Of a stretch of DNA of 64,000 nucleotides, positions 30,452 to 42,059 are shown piece after piece. How positions within the stretch are numbered: the stretch's first letter is position 1; every line of letters begins with the position of its first letter. Position numbers and translations under genes: made by a program. The notes below the pieces were generated by a model. It had not been told where the DNA came from, ran no database searches, and saw only the letters and a program-made list of their open reading frames with translations. Source of the DNA: an uncultured Gemmatimonadales bacterium (GTDB lineage: Bacteria; Gemmatimonadota; Gemmatimonadetes; Gemmatimonadales; Gemmatimonadaceae); NCBI GenBank assembly GCA_963850905.1, contig CAWKMU010000003.1, positions 1,792,001 to 1,856,000 of the forward strand, in the 5' to 3' direction.

Positions 30452-31191
30452 CGGTCGTACGCGCGGCGAATGACCGCGTAGCACTCGCATGACATCGCCT
30501 CGAGTCCGGCTCGATCGAGGATCGTGACCCGTCCTCTCCGGTAGCTGATCAGTCCCGAGCGTTGCAGCGCGCCAGCGACGGCGTTGACCGTCGCGCGCCG
30601 CACAGCGAGCATGAACGCGAGATACTGTTGCGTCAACCAGAACGTGTCGGCACCGACGCGATCGTGGGTCATGAGCAGCCAGCGGGCGCACCGCTTGCTC
30701 ATTGAGTGCAGCTTGGTGCAGCCCCCCGACTGCATCGCCTGCGACAGCAAGGCCTCGGCGTAATGCAGGAAGCGCACGTGCAGGTGCGGATACCGCAGGA
30801 GTGCCGAGCGCAGCTCGGCTGCCGGGACACGGACCGCGCGGCCCGGGACCTGCGCGATTGTGCGCCGATCGGCCTGTCCAAGGCCGCCCAAGGCGAGCGA
30901 AAGCCCCACCAGGCCCTCGTTCCCGATGGCGGCGGCTTCCATCACCGAGCCATCCTGCATCACCGTGATCAGCGAGATGACGGCCGTCTCGGGGAAGTAG
31001 GCGTGAGCGAGCGGCTCGTCGGCGTTAGCGATGACTTGCCCCGAGCGGAACTCCACCGGCTCGAACTGGCCGACAAGCTCCGGCGCCATCGTCGCAACCG
31101 CCGAAAGGAGATGGTTTCGGGTGCCCACCGGCGGCGCGGCGACAGCGTGGCTGAAGGCCGGCGGGGCCTGCCCAATCGACATCGAAGTCAC
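30394..31191 (-). CDS. Crp/Fnr-family transcriptional regulator
   Basis: NHLL, YFPETAVIS, IGNEGLVG, RCARWLLMTHDR, and HTH TQQYLAFMLAVRRATVN. Confidence 0.93.
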   Translation of the reverse strand: MTSMSIGQAPPAFSHAVAAPPVGTRNHLLSAVATMAPELVGQFEPVEFRSGQVIANADEPLAHAYFPETAVISLITVMQDGSVMEAAAIGNEGLVGLSLALGGLGQADRRTIAQVPGRAVRVPAAELRSALLRYPHLHVRFLHYAEALLSQAMQSGGCTKLHSMSKRCARWLLMTHDRVGADTFWLTQQYLAFMLAVRRATVNAVAGALQRSGLISYRRGRVTILDRAGLEAMSCECYAVIRRAYDRQLGTVGGGSAPTVSGQDA

Positions 31192-31390
31192 GCCCTCCCT
31201 CGAAGCAAGCTGTGGGCCGCGGGCGCTTGAGATCCCCTAGAGTGCCGAAAGGGAAAGAGTTAGGGGTGGCTGGCCGCTCGCCGAACGGGCGTTATAATGC
31301 CCGCTGTTTGGACGGTGGTTGCCGCTCCGGCGGCGCGCCGCGGACGCACCCGCCGGCGCGACCCGCTCATATCCCCTTGCCCGCCTTGTC

Positions 31391-32611
31391 ATGACGCGCC
31401 ACGTGCCGCTGCTCGGCTCTCTCGGGTTCCCCCTCTTGGCAATTGCCTTGACCCTCGCGCCCTCCGTTGGCGCCCAGGTCAGTGGGCCTCCGGCGAAATG
31501 GGCGACCTTCACACAGATGTTCGACGCGGTGGCCAAGGGCGACAGTATCGTCGGCGCCGGCATCGTGGTCGTTCGCGACGGACACATTGTCGCGCAACAC
31601 GAGTACGGCTTGGCCGATCGCGAGCGCGGGGTCCACATCACCCCGCAGTCCATCTATCACTATGGATCGATCACCAAGACGCTGACGGCGATCTCCATCA
31701 TGCAGCTGCGCGACCGGCACCGGCTGTCGCTCGACGATCGCATCACGACGTACGTCCCTGAGCTCCGACAGGTGCACGACCCCTATGGGTCGATGGACAG
31801 CGTCACCATCCGCATGCTGCTGTCACATTCTGCTGGGTTCCAGAACCCCACCTGGCCCTATACTGAGGGCAAACCGTGGCAGCCGTTCGAGCCGACGACC
31901 TGGAACCAGCTCGTCGCGATGATGCCGTACCAGGAATTGCTGTTCAAACCCGGCTCGCGCTTCAGCTACTCCAACCCTGGCTTCATCTATCTCGCCCGCG
32001 TGATCGAGCAGTTGAGTGGGGACCCGTGGGAGTCCTATGTGCAGAAGAACATCTTCAACCCACTGGGGCTCACGCGGAGCTACTTCGGCAACACGCCGTA
32101 CTATCTCGCCGCCGATCGCTCGCACAACTACACCCGGGTGCGGGATTCCGCGGGGCATGAGGTCGTCAAGGACAACGGCGCGGACTTCGATCCCGGCATC
32201 ACGATCCCGAACGGCGGGTGGAATGCGCCGCTGGGCGACCTCGCGACGTACGTGGCGTTCCTCACGAACGCCACCCACGGCGATGCCGCTACCCAGCGAC
32301 TCTACGACACGGTGTTGCCGCACGCGACGCTCGCCGAGATGTGGCGGCCGCTGTACCAAACTCAAGAGGATGGCTCCTCCATCGAGTCGGACTCGCTTGG
32401 CCTCTCGTTCTTCATCGTGCGTCGCGGCCAGACACGATTTGTCGGCCATACCGGGAGCCAAGCCGGTTTCCTCGCCTTCCTCTATATCAACCCCGCAACG
32501 GGCGCCGGCGTCGTCGCCGCTTTCAACACGGCGAGTGACTTCAACCCCGGGCCAGGTCATGTCTCGGCGTTTCAGCGCATCCGGGATGCGGCGCTGGACT
32601 TGATTGGGTAA
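31391..32611 (+). CDS. Serine hydrolase, beta-lactamase family
   Basis: SxxK (SITK), LLSHSAG, YSN and GHTG; signal peptide. Confidence 0.92.
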   Translation: MTRHVPLLGSLGFPLLAIALTLAPSVGAQVSGPPAKWATFTQMFDAVAKGDSIVGAGIVVVRDGHIVAQHEYGLADRERGVHITPQSIYHYGSITKTLTAISIMQLRDRHRLSLDDRITTYVPELRQVHDPYGSMDSVTIRMLLSHSAGFQNPTWPYTEGKPWQPFEPTTWNQLVAMMPYQELLFKPGSRFSYSNPGFIYLARVIEQLSGDPWESYVQKNIFNPLGLTRSYFGNTPYYLAADRSHNYTRVRDSAGHEVVKDNGADFDPGITIPNGGWNAPLGDLATYVAFLTNATHGDAATQRLYDTVLPHATLAEMWRPLYQTQEDGSSIESDSLGLSFFIVRRGQTRFVGHTGSQAGFLAFLYINPATGAGVVAAFNTASDFNPGPGHVSAFQRIRDAALDLIG

Positions 32612-32712
32612 AAGGCCGGGCGGAAACCCGGCCCCTTCCCCCTATTCGCTAACGGACCCGCCCGGTATCGTTTAGCGGCTCGGGTACACCGGTTCACCGT
32701 ATCGCGAGGGCA

Positions 32713-35700
32713 ATGGCGGACACGTTGCGAGAACAGCTCCAGGCGAGCCTGGGGTCGACCTATACGATCGGCCGGGAGCTTGGAGGCGGAGGGGATGAGC
32801 CGCGTATTCGTGGCGGATGACACGACCCTCGGGCGTGCCGTCGTCGTCAAGGTGCTCTCGCCGGAGCTCACCGCGGGTGTCAACGTCGACCGCTTCAAGC
32901 GCGAGATCCGGGTCGCGGCCCGATTGCAGCACCCGCACATCGTGCCGGTCCTGCAGTCCGGCGAGACCAACGGGCTGCCGTATTTCACGATGCCCTTCGT
33001 GGAGGGCGAGTCGCTGCGTGCGCACCTCGGACGCACGGGCCCGCTCTCCATTGGCGATGCGGTCTCGATTCTGCGCGACGTGGCGAAGGCCCTGGAGTAC
33101 GCTCATGCGCGCGACGTCGTGCATCGGGACATCAAGCCTGACAACGTGCTGCTGGCGGGGAACGCGGCCGTCGTCACAGACTTCGGCATCGCCAAGGCGC
33201 TCTCGGCGTCCAAGACACAGCCGTCTGGCGCGACGCTGACCCAAGCGGGGACATCGCTCGGGACACCGGCCTACATGGCACCGGAGCAGGCAGCCGCCGA
33301 TCCGGCGACGGACCATCGCGCGGACATCTACGCCTTCGGGATTCTCGCCTACGAGCTACTCGCGGGGCAACCGCCCTTTGCGGGTCGGACGCCGCAGAAG
33401 CTGCTGGCGGCCCAACTTGGCGAGCGACCAACGCCGATCGACAGTGTCCGCGCGGACGTGCCGCTAATGCTCGGCGAGCTGATCATGCGGTGTCTGGAGA
33501 AGAGCGCCGACGACCGGCCACAGAGTGCGGCCGCGCTGGTACGCGCGCTCGGCGCCGTGACCACGAGTGGCAGCGAGCGATCGGCCCCCGCGCTGCTCCT
33601 GGGCGGGCGAGCCGCGCTGCGGAACGCGCTTCTCATCTACGGCGCGGCGTTCCTCATCATCGCGCTTGCTGCCCGCATCGCGACCAACGAGATCGGGCTC
33701 CCTGATTGGGTGTTTCCCGGCGCGATCATCGTCATGCTGCTCGGGCTCCCGGTGATCCTGTTCACCGGGTACGTCCAGCGGACGGTGCAACGGTCGTTGA
33801 CGTCCACGCCGACGTTTACGCCGGGTGGCACCCCGGCGCCCGCCTCGACAATGGCGACGATCGCGCTCAAGGCGAGTCCGCACGTGAGCTGGCGCCGCAC
33901 CACCACCGGCGGAGTGGTTGCGCTTGGCGTGCTCGTGCTGCTCGTCACGGGGTACATGATCCTGCGTGCGCTCGGTATCGGACCCGCAGGGTCGCTGCTC
34001 GGCGCAGGGAAGATCCATGCGCGGGACAGGCTCATCGTGACCGACTTCCATGCGCTGAGCGGCGACACGTCGCTGGCGGGCGCGGCTAGCGAAGCCGTCC
34101 GCACGGATCTCAGTGAATCGGGTGTGATCTCGCTGCTCACGCCAGCTGAAGTTGCGAGCACGCTGCGTCTCATGCAGCGTCCGGCGTCGACACACGTCGA
34201 CGTGTTGGTTGCAGCGGACGTGGCGGCGCGACAGGGCGCGAAGGGCATCGTCAATGGGACTATCACTGGACTGGGTGCCGGCTATCTGCTCACGTTACGG
34301 CTCCTGAGCCCATCGGGCAGTGAGCTCGCATCCTTTCATGAAGAAGCGGACGGGCCGCACGAGCTGTTGCCGACGCTGGACCGTCTTGCGCGGCATCTGC
34401 GCGAGAAGATCGGGGAGTCGCTCAAGAGCGTGCATGCCGATCCGCCGCTCGAGCAGGTAACGACCTCGTCGATCAATGCCTTGCGGAAGTACGACGAAGG
34501 GGCCAGAGCGAACGACATCAATGGTAACTACGAGGTGGCCATCGCGCGCCTCCGGGAGGCTGTGGCGCTGGACACAGGCTTTGCCATGGCCTGGCGCAAG
34601 CTGGGTGTCGCGATGAGCAACTCGTTCATGCCGCGGGCCAGCGTCGACAGCGCCTTGACGCAGGCCTATCGCCATCGGGATCACTTGACGGAGCGAGAGC
34701 GCGACATGGCGGTGGGCTCTTACTTCAACCAAGGCCCGGGGCGCAATCGCGAGGAAGCGGCGACAGCCTTCCGGGCGATGCTCGCGATGGATCCCACTGA
34801 CTATGTGGCACTCAACGATCTGGCCATCACCTACCTAGATCGCCGTCGGTACGCCGCAGCGGACACGCTGTTCCGTCGCTCAGTCGCGACGGGGAAGGGT
34901 GGCGCGATCGACCTGGGCAATCTGGCCTTCGTTGAGCTTAGCGAGGGAGACACCGCGGCCGTTCGACGCGATGCCGCGACCATGCGTGAGCGATACCCCA
35001 ACGCCGCCGGCGCTCCCTTCTTGGGAGTCGGGTTGCTGTACGACTCGAACCAGTTGGACTCGCTTGTTGCCTTGCTTACGCAGATCCGAACGGATCCGCG
35101 ACCCGACCGGCGGAGCCTGGCCACGCATCTGCTCGCGGCCATGGCGTTGGTCCGCGGACGGCCCAACGAGTGGGCCGCCCTCAACGGAGAGTCGCGGCGA
35201 ACGGATGCGGAGCGCGGTGCCGCGCCGCCCCCGTTGGTTGACTCCATGTTGGCGGCCTGGACGGACATCTCTCTCCGTGGTCAGCCCGCTCGCGGTGTCG
35301 CGCGCCTCGATGCCATGCTCGCGCGGACGCCACTCGCCTCGGTGGGAGCGGAGGATCGACCGTATTTCCAGATTGCCGGGGCGTACGCCATCGCCGGTCG
35401 GCCGGACCGGGCGCGGGCGATACTCTCGGAGTACGCCGGAGAGGTCAAGGACACGGTGAAGCTCCGCGACGATGCGCCGGACATGCACGGCGTGCTTGGC
35501 GAGATTGCGCTCGCCGAGCACCGTCCCAAGGACGCGCACCGCGAATTCGCGCGCGCGGACACCGCCTTTGACGGGGAGCCCGTGCCCTGCGAGATCTGCT
35601 TCCCGCTAGCCGCTGGTCGTGCATACGACGCCGCGGGCAATCGTGATTCCGCGATCATGATGTATGAACGCTATCAACACGCCTGGAGACGCGACCTGCG

Positions 35701-35896
35701 CCTCAGCGTCGAACCCTGGTATCGATCGTTGGTTTACAAGCGCTTGGGCGAACTGTACGACGACAGGGGCGACGTCCCGCGGGCCACGGCCAACTACCGA
35801 CAGTTCATCGCGCTGTGGCAGAACGCGGAGCCAGAGCTGCAGCCAGCCGTGAGCGACGCCCGGCGCCGCCTGGCGAAACTGGGGTCGGATCGGTAG
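32713..35896 (+). CDS. Hanks-type Ser/Thr protein kinase with TM segments and TPR-like C-terminus, +1 frameshift at 32791-32794
   Basis: ATG 32713 gives MADTLREQLQASLGSTYTIGRELGGGG, then one extra G before MSRVF. HRDIKPDN, DFGIAK and GTPAYMAPEQ present. Confidence 0.92.
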
Positions 35897-35934
35897 CTCT
35901 CGGGATCAGGCAACTACAACGACGCGTGCTGTCC

Positions 35935-36070
35935 AGCGGGTAGGGGCGACGCAATGCGTCGCCCGCCGTTGGCGGAATCGTGCCCTGCGGGGGGTGTGAC
36001 GTTCGGCGCGCCGGCAAATCGTGGGCATCGCCACATCGCAGGGCGACGCATTGCGTCGCCCCTACCCGCT
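35935..36070. repeat. Inverted pair of GTAG-family REP elements between convergent genes
   Basis: AGCGGGTAGGGGCGACGCAATGCGTCGCCC (35935-35964) and its exact reverse complement (36041-36070). Confidence 0.85.
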
Positions 36071-36118
36071 GTGGTCGAATGTCGTGGCGGCTACGCTGAC
36101 CCCGGCCCGGAGCTCGCC

Positions 36119-36925
36119 TTACCGTCCTATCGCCAACCAGTGCGGACTCGCCCCGAGGAGCGACGGCTCCGCTTCGATGCGCTCGATGAGGGCGAGTGAG
36201 CGCTCGAGCGAGACCGGCTCGCGCCGGCGTGGCCGCGGGGCTGTCGCGTACGCGGCAGGGCCCTCGACCGCGATGAGCGCGTCGAGCCGCCATCCCGCTT
36301 CGATGATCTCTGAGCGGAGTTCGGCCGGCGTGTGGAAGAAGGCCGTCGTGAAGTAGTCAGCCTTGCTGGTCGGATTACGGTGCTGGCCGTCGCGCAGATC
36401 GGCATCGACAATCCGCGCGAATTCCGGATCGGCCAAGAAGCCGCGCATGAGGCCATCGAGCAGCGAGGCGAATCGGGAGATGGCCGCCGCGACGACGACA
36501 CCATCGGGGCCAGTCACGCGCCGCGCCTCTCGGAGCGCTGCCACGCGGTCGGCCCGCTCGGTCAGATGATAGAGGGGGCCGAGGAGGAGCACGGCGTCGG
36601 CACTCCCGTCGGCAAAGTCGAGTTTCTTGGCGTCGCCGACGCCCAAACTCGCCAACGCGGTCGGCCCGCTCCGTCCCGCTGCACGCGCTTGCTCGATGTG
36701 CAACGGGACCGGGTCGACCAGATGGACTCGATAGCCGAGGTCTGCCAACCAGTACGCGTACACGCCCGCGGCGCCACCGACATCGAGAACCGTGGCGGGC
36801 GGCGCTGGCAGCACGCGACGCAGAATGAGCTGCGTGCGAATGCGCTCCAGCGGAAAGTCGGCTCCCTCGAGGCGCTTCTCTTCTTCTCCGCGTGAGTAAT
36901 AGGCCGCGATTGCCTGGTCGAGCAT
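36119..36925 (-). CDS. Class I SAM-dependent methyltransferase
   Basis: VLDVGGAAG, HLVD, GDA and LLLGPLYHL. Confidence 0.92.
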   Translation of the reverse strand: MLDQAIAAYYSRGEEEKRLEGADFPLERIRTQLILRRVLPAPPATVLDVGGAAGVYAYWLADLGYRVHLVDPVPLHIEQARAAGRSGPTALASLGVGDAKKLDFADGSADAVLLLGPLYHLTERADRVAALREARRVTGPDGVVVAAAISRFASLLDGLMRGFLADPEFARIVDADLRDGQHRNPTSKADYFTTAFFHTPAELRSEIIEAGWRLDALIAVEGPAAYATAPRPRRREPVSLERSLALIERIEAEPSLLGASPHWLAIGR

Positions 36926-37134
36926 CGAGATCCTGGAAGGGGGAGCGTGGCACAGCGCGAAGACGCGTCCGGAATCTGAAGCGACAGCACGAGGAGCGAT
37001 GATTTCGCAAACAGCGAAAACTCGAAACGCAACCTGCTCCGGCCAATCTGTCTCAACGACCAATCGGCGGGAGTGTAAGTTCTCTTGGCTTGGTTCTCAA
37101 CCCATCACCACCGCACAACGCGCGCCGCCCAGTC

Positions 37135-38232
37135 ATGACCCTGCTCACGATACGTCCAAATGACCGAACGATTTGGGACCTCGTCTGCCTCGGCGAGGTG
37201 ATGCTGCGCTTCGATCCCGGCGACGAGCGCATTACGACGACGCGACAGTTCCGCGTATGGGAAGGTGGCGGCGAGTACAACGTGGCGCGCGGACTCGCGC
37301 GCTGCTTCGGGCTACGCACGGCGATCGTCACGGCGTTCGCGGACAACCCCGTCGGCCGCTTGATCGAAGATCTCATCCGCCAGGGCGGGGTTGGGCTCGA
37401 CTATGTGCATTGGGTCCCATACGACGGCGTCGGTCGCGACGTCAGGAATCCGCTCAACTTCGTGGAACGCGGCTTCGGCGTGCGACCCGCGCTGGGATGC
37501 TCGGATCGCGCGCACAGCGCGGCATTGCAGCTCGTGCCGGGCGCGATCGATTGGAATCGGATTTTTGCACGCGACGGCGCGCGGTGGTTCCACACGGGCG
37601 GCGTCTTCTCGGGACTGTCGGAGACGACGCCGGAAGTCGCGCGCGAGGCGATGGAAGCTGCGCGCAAGGCGGGAGTGATCGTCTCCTACGACGCGAACTA
37701 TCGTCCCTCGCTGTGGCAAGCGAGAGGTGGGCAGGCCCGCGCCGGAGCGGTCAATCGGATGCTCGCGCCGCTCGTCGACGTGATGCTGGGCCACGAGGAG
37801 GACTTCGCCGCCGCGCTGGGGCTGCCCGTCGAGGCACGCGCCGACGACGCGAAGGACGGGCCCGCGCGTCTCGAACGCGTGATGGCGGAGTTTCGGCGCG
37901 AGTTCCCGAACGTTGCCGTCGTCGCCACCACCCTTCGGGTCACCAAGTCGACGAGCCGGCATGACTGGGGCGGGGTGGCGTACGGCGGCGGGCGGTTCCA
38001 CGAATCAGCCATGCGGGAAGAGATCGAGATCTATGACCGCGTGGGTGGCGGGGACGCCTTCGCGGCTGGGATCATCTATGGAATGCTCAACGGCCGCGAT
38101 CTCGCCTGGTCGCTCGAGTGCGGCGTCGCCCACGGGGCCCTTGCCATGACGACGCCTGGCGACTCGTCGATGGCAACGTTGGGGGAGGTTTCGCAGGTGA
38201 TGGAGGGGCGGGTCGGCGGCATCGTGAGGTAG
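37135..38232 (+). CDS. kdgK: PfkB sugar kinase, 2-keto-3-deoxygluconate kinase-like
   Basis: LGEVMLR, GGGEYNVA, SYDANYRPSLW, DRVGGGDAF and AMTTPGD. Confidence 0.85.
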   Translation: MTLLTIRPNDRTIWDLVCLGEVMLRFDPGDERITTTRQFRVWEGGGEYNVARGLARCFGLRTAIVTAFADNPVGRLIEDLIRQGGVGLDYVHWVPYDGVGRDVRNPLNFVERGFGVRPALGCSDRAHSAALQLVPGAIDWNRIFARDGARWFHTGGVFSGLSETTPEVAREAMEAARKAGVIVSYDANYRPSLWQARGGQARAGAVNRMLAPLVDVMLGHEEDFAAALGLPVEARADDAKDGPARLERVMAEFRREFPNVAVVATTLRVTKSTSRHDWGGVAYGGGRFHESAMREEIEIYDRVGGGDAFAAGIIYGMLNGRDLAWSLECGVAHGALAMTTPGDSSMATLGEVSQVMEGRVGGIVR

Positions 38233-38317
38233 GCGAGCGGCCAACGCGGGCCTGCCAAATCGGCGTATAAAGCGTCATCATTGATGGCCCCTCCTCACCC
38301 TCTGCCTCCTCGCTCCG

Positions 38318-38890
38318 ATGCGTATCGCTGTGCTGACTATCTCGGACGCCGGGGTTCGAGGGGAACGAGCGGACACATCCGGGGACACGATCGTGGCTTG
38401 GGGGACGGCGCGTGGGGATGTCGTGACACAACGTGCAATCGTGGGGGACGAACCGGCTGAGATCGCCGCGCGGCTAGCGACGTGGTGCGACGCCGATGTG
38501 GCTGACCTCGTGTTGACCACGGGCGGGACGGGGCTGAGTGAGCGGGATGTGACACCCGAAGCCACGCGCGCGGTGATTGAGCGGGAGGCACCAGGGATCG
38601 CGGAGCGGATTCGCGCGCTCTGCCTCACGAGCTTCCCGAGGGCCGCGCTCTCGCGTGGCATGGCTGGGGTCCGTTCGCGGACGCTCATTGTGAATCTGGC
38701 CGGATCGACAAGCGGTGTTCGGGACGCCCTCGTTGCCCTCGACCCGATCATTACCCATGGGATCGACATCCTGCGTGGAGGACCGACGGATCACACGGCG
38801 GGAGGACGGGCGTCCAGCGGCCACACGGCTCGGAGCGGGCCTCCGGTCGGTACGAGCCCGGGCGGGTTGGCCGCGAGGCGCGATCCATGA
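38318..38890 (+). CDS. mog: MogA/MoaB molybdopterin adenylyltransferase
   Basis: LTISD, DTSG, TTGGTG..RDVTPEA, LSRG and IVNLAGS. Confidence 0.9.
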   Translation: MRIAVLTISDAGVRGERADTSGDTIVAWGTARGDVVTQRAIVGDEPAEIAARLATWCDADVADLVLTTGGTGLSERDVTPEATRAVIEREAPGIAERIRALCLTSFPRAALSRGMAGVRSRTLIVNLAGSTSGVRDALVALDPIITHGIDILRGGPTDHTAGGRASSGHTARSGPPVGTSPGGLAARRDP

Positions 38891-40533
38891 ACGTTGCCGT
38901 GATGCTGACGGACGTCGAGCCCGCGGTCCGGCTCAACGCGCTGCTGGAACGGTCGGGTGCCAAGACCGAGGTCATCTCGCCGCTCGACGACGTGCGCGGG
39001 ATCCTCGGTCGCACCCGCGCCGACGTATTGGTCATGACCGGTGCGCTGCTCGATCCCCAGAACGTCGCGCTGGTGCGCGAGCAACTGTGGACCGGGACCG
39101 CGGTCATCGGCCTCTCCGACGTGGGTGAGGAGGGGATGGTCGAGCGACTGCGGGCGCTGGGGTACAGCGAGGTCTATATCAAGCCAGTCGTGCCCGAGGA
39201 GGTTGCGGCAGGTGTGAGACGCCTCGCAGACCGGCAGGTGGTGGCGCGCGAGACGGGGCTGTACGGTGACTCCGAAGGGATCCGCGAGGTGCTGGTCAAG
39301 GTTGAGCAGATGGCGCCAGTATCCAGCACGGTACTGATCGAGGGTGAGAGTGGAACAGGGAAGGAACTGGTGGCGAGGGCGATGCACCGACTGGGGCCCC
39401 GCCGCACGCGCCCGTTCATCGCTGTCAACGTCGGGGCGTTGCCCGAGACTCTGCTCGAGAGCGAGCTCTTCGGTCACGAGAAGGGCGCCTTCACGGGGGC
39501 GGCTGAGCGGCGGATCGGTCGCTTCGAGCTGGCGGATACGGGGCACCCTCTTTCTCGACGAGATCGGCGACATCCCACTCTCGACCCAGGTCAAGCTGCT
39601 GCGCGTGCTCGAGGAGCGGGTCAGTCACACGGGTCGGGGGGACGCGAGCCGATAGCGGTGGACGTACGCGTGATCACGGCGACCAATCGGCCGCTTCGCG
39701 ACCAGGTCGCTGAGGGCACCTTCCGGTCGGACCTCTACTACCGGATCAACGTCCTGAGCGTCTACCTCCCTCCACTCCGGGAGCGGCGGGAGGATATCCC
39801 CATTCTCGTCCGGCGGTTTATCCAGGAGTTCTCGGCGCAGCACGACCGGCCGTTCCACGGCATCTCAGGGGACGCGTTGCAGATGCTGGTGGACTACAGC
39901 TGGCCGGGGAACGTGCGCGAACTGCGCAATCTCGTGGAGAGTATGGTGGTGCTGTCGCCAGGCCATGAGATCCAGTCGGCGGACATTCCGCGCGAGATCC
40001 GGGAGGTTGGGTCGCGCTTTCTGCCGGTCCACGTAGGGCCCTTGGCCCGTGGCAGGGACGGTGCGGGCGGTCGGGAGATGGAGTTCATTGTCCGGAGTTT
40101 GGTGGAGCTCAAGCTGCAGGTCGAGGAGTTGCGACGCCGAACCGAGCAGGTTGCAGTGACGGGGGGCACCGGTCAATTGAGCTTTGGAGCTTCGATCGGC
40201 GCCGGCCAATCCCAGGCCATTGGCCCCGGCACCCCAACGGGTGCGGCTGGCGCCAGTAGTGGCGTGATGGTGCGCGAGGGAATTGCTGCGCCGGGTGCTC
40301 CGCCGCCTCCAAACGTCGTGACGGTTAGCCCGGGGATGACCATGGCGCAGATCGAGCGCGCGGCGATCGAAGCGGCGCTCAGAGAGACCCGGGGCAACCG
40401 CCGCCGTGCGGCGGAGATGTTGGGGATTGGCGAGAGGACGCTTTACAGAAAACTGCGGGAGTACGAAATCCCGGAGGGTGCGGGGGCGGAGGGGCCCGAG
40501 AGGGTTGACCTACTGGGAGTGGAAGGCAGGTAG
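38887..40533 (+). CDS. Sigma-54-dependent activator (degenerate REC-AAA+-Fis HTH) with three internal +1 insertions
   Basis: [31 protein letters not shown] and Fis HTH. Walker [10 protein letters not shown] sits in an alternate frame at about 39542-39620. Confidence 0.92.
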   Translation: MNVAVMLTDVEPAVRLNALLERSGAKTEVISPLDDVRGILGRTRADVLVMTGALLDPQNVALVREQLWTGTAVIGLSDVGEEGMVERLRALGYSEVYIKPVVPEEVAAGVRRLADRQVVARETGLYGDSEGIREVLVKVEQMAPVSSTVLIEGESGTGKELVARAMHRLGPRRTRPFIAVNVGALPETLLESELFGHEKGAFTGAAERRIGRFELADTGHPLSRRDRRHPTLDPGQAAARARGAGQSHGSGGREPIAVDVRVITATNRPLRDQVAEGTFRSDLYYRINVLSVYLPPLRERREDIPILVRRFIQEFSAQHDRPFHGISGDALQMLVDYSWPGNVRELRNLVESMVVLSPGHEIQSADIPREIREVGSRFLPVHVGPLARGRDGAGGREMEFIVRSLVELKLQVEELRRRTEQVAVTGGTGQLSFGASIGAGQSQAIGPGTPTGAAGASSGVMVREGIAAPGAPPPPNVVTVSPGMTMAQIERAAIEAALRETRGNRRRAAEMLGIGERTLYRKLREYEIPEGAGAEGPERVDLLGVEGR

Positions 40534-40770
40534 GACCCGCGAGGCCTTCTGCGGGGACTCTCTATGTCGCTGCTAGTGAGGGTCTTACCCAGATCGGTCG
40601 AGGCGGCCTAGGGAAGGCCAAGCGTGATCCGAACTCGCCGAGTCGGGCTGGAGGGCCTCAACGGGCGGGGTTGTGTCCCTTAGAGGACTCAAGGGTGACA
40701 TACGATGCCTTGATCGAACTGAACTAATGGCGCATATTCGCGGCGGAACCTTTTCCACGGCGGTATCTGT

Positions 40771-41706
40771 TTGCCCGCTGCAGTTAGCCTTTCCCCTAGT
40801 TCTGGGGGACAGTCGCACACGCCGATCGCCGGGAGCGTGCTCCCGATCCGGCGCGCTGAAGAATTGCTGACGACGCTGCCGGGCATTCTTTCGGCGAAGA
40901 TCGTGGCGTCGGCGAGCGGGGCTGTGGACGAGATCCACGTCCTGACGACAGCCGAATATACACCGAAGCAAACCGTCCGCAACATCGAGAGCGCGCTCAT
41001 CGCGCATCTCGGGATGCGCGTGGACCATCGGAAAATCTCAGTCGCAGCGAGCTCGGAGCGGCCGGTTGCGGCCGTGCCTCCGGTAGCCGTCGAGCCTCCG
41101 GTGACGCCAGCGTCGACCCCAACCCCTCCCAGCGCGGCTGCGCAGAGCTCGGCTCCGTCCGCGGCGCCTCGCCCATCAGGCCCAGTGGCGGTTCCCGAGG
41201 AAGCCCCTCCGCCGGTTGCGCAGGTGCGCGAGCGGGTGGTGGCCCGCGGGGTCGAGTTCGAGGAACTGGTGCGGGAGGTGGACTCGACGCTGGCCGCGGT
41301 AGTACCCGAGGAGGCGGCGCGGCGACGACTGTATTTCGAAGATGTGGAGGTCCGCCGGTCGCGGGCTCGCGGAGTGATGTGTCGGGTGACGCTCAGGAAG
41401 GGCGATCAGTCCTACACGGGAGAAGCGGAAGGTTTGGAGGGGGCTCGCGCGCGGGTGGACCTGGCCGCGCGCGCGGCGCTCAAGGCGATCGGCCAGGCCG
41501 AGCGCGGTGAGCGGACCCTCGCCCTCGACGGGGTAAAGCTGATCCAGGCGTTCGACCGAGAGTTCGTATTCGTCGGAGTGGCAGCGCAAGAGGGGCGGGA
41601 GCGCGCACTCTTGACCGGCAGCTGTGAAGTACGGGAGAGTCCCGAGCAAGCGAGCGTCTTAGCAGCGTTGGACGCGACCAACCGTTGGATCGCGCACGGC
41701 CGCTAG
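40771..41706 (+). CDS. Conserved hypothetical protein (EIHVL..PKQTVRNIES..DHRKISVA N-domain, Pro/Ala linker, LeuA-regulatory-like C-domain)
   Basis: Recognisable family motif; C-terminal ASVLAALDATNR. Start codon uncertain. Confidence 0.8.
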   Translation: MPAAVSLSPSSGGQSHTPIAGSVLPIRRAEELLTTLPGILSAKIVASASGAVDEIHVLTTAEYTPKQTVRNIESALIAHLGMRVDHRKISVAASSERPVAAVPPVAVEPPVTPASTPTPPSAAAQSSAPSAAPRPSGPVAVPEEAPPPVAQVRERVVARGVEFEELVREVDSTLAAVVPEEAARRRLYFEDVEVRRSRARGVMCRVTLRKGDQSYTGEAEGLEGARARVDLAARAALKAIGQAERGERTLALDGVKLIQAFDREFVFVGVAAQEGRERALLTGSCEVRESPEQASVLAALDATNRWIAHGR

Positions 41707-42059
41707 CACTCGTTGAGGCAGAGGGTGCGCGCCGGGAGGGGATGACGAGATGGCGATCCGGGCGGCTCGGTGGGCCGCCCGTCATCGCTACAGGGACAGG
41801 GGACTAGGGGCTGCGGTCAGGGCGCGACGACAACGATTAGCCAGTGTGAACCAAAGCGCACGGTCACGAAGGCAATGTTTGGACGTGAACGGGACAGAGG
41901 AGCAGTGAACCCAACCCACATCGTTTGACAACTGAACCCCCGTCTGGCCCGAGCTGAGCGAAGCGGGCAGGCCACGTAGGTGAGCGGAGCCAACCTTCAA
42001 TTGGCACGACTCAGCGAGCGCTGAGCGTGACTGCACGAGAGAGGGGGTGACGCAATCCG

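Noticed and set aside
41742..41807. Short ORF MTRWRSGRLGGPPVIATGTGD after GGGAGGGG
   Set aside because: It overlaps a terminator-like hairpin (GGGCGGCTC/GGGCCGCCC), the SD spacing is too short, and it has no peptide features.
41861..41905. c-di-GMP-I riboswitch (GGTCACGAAGGCAA...)
   Set aside because: Lacks the GGCAAA-stem-GNRA-stem-GACGCAAAG core and the second stem.
42001..42016. Sigma-54 promoter TTGGCACGACTCAGC upstream of the peptide
   Set aside because: GG-to-GC spacing is 9 nt, not the required 10, and the TT before GC is missing. The same holds for TGGCGCATATTCGC near 40728.
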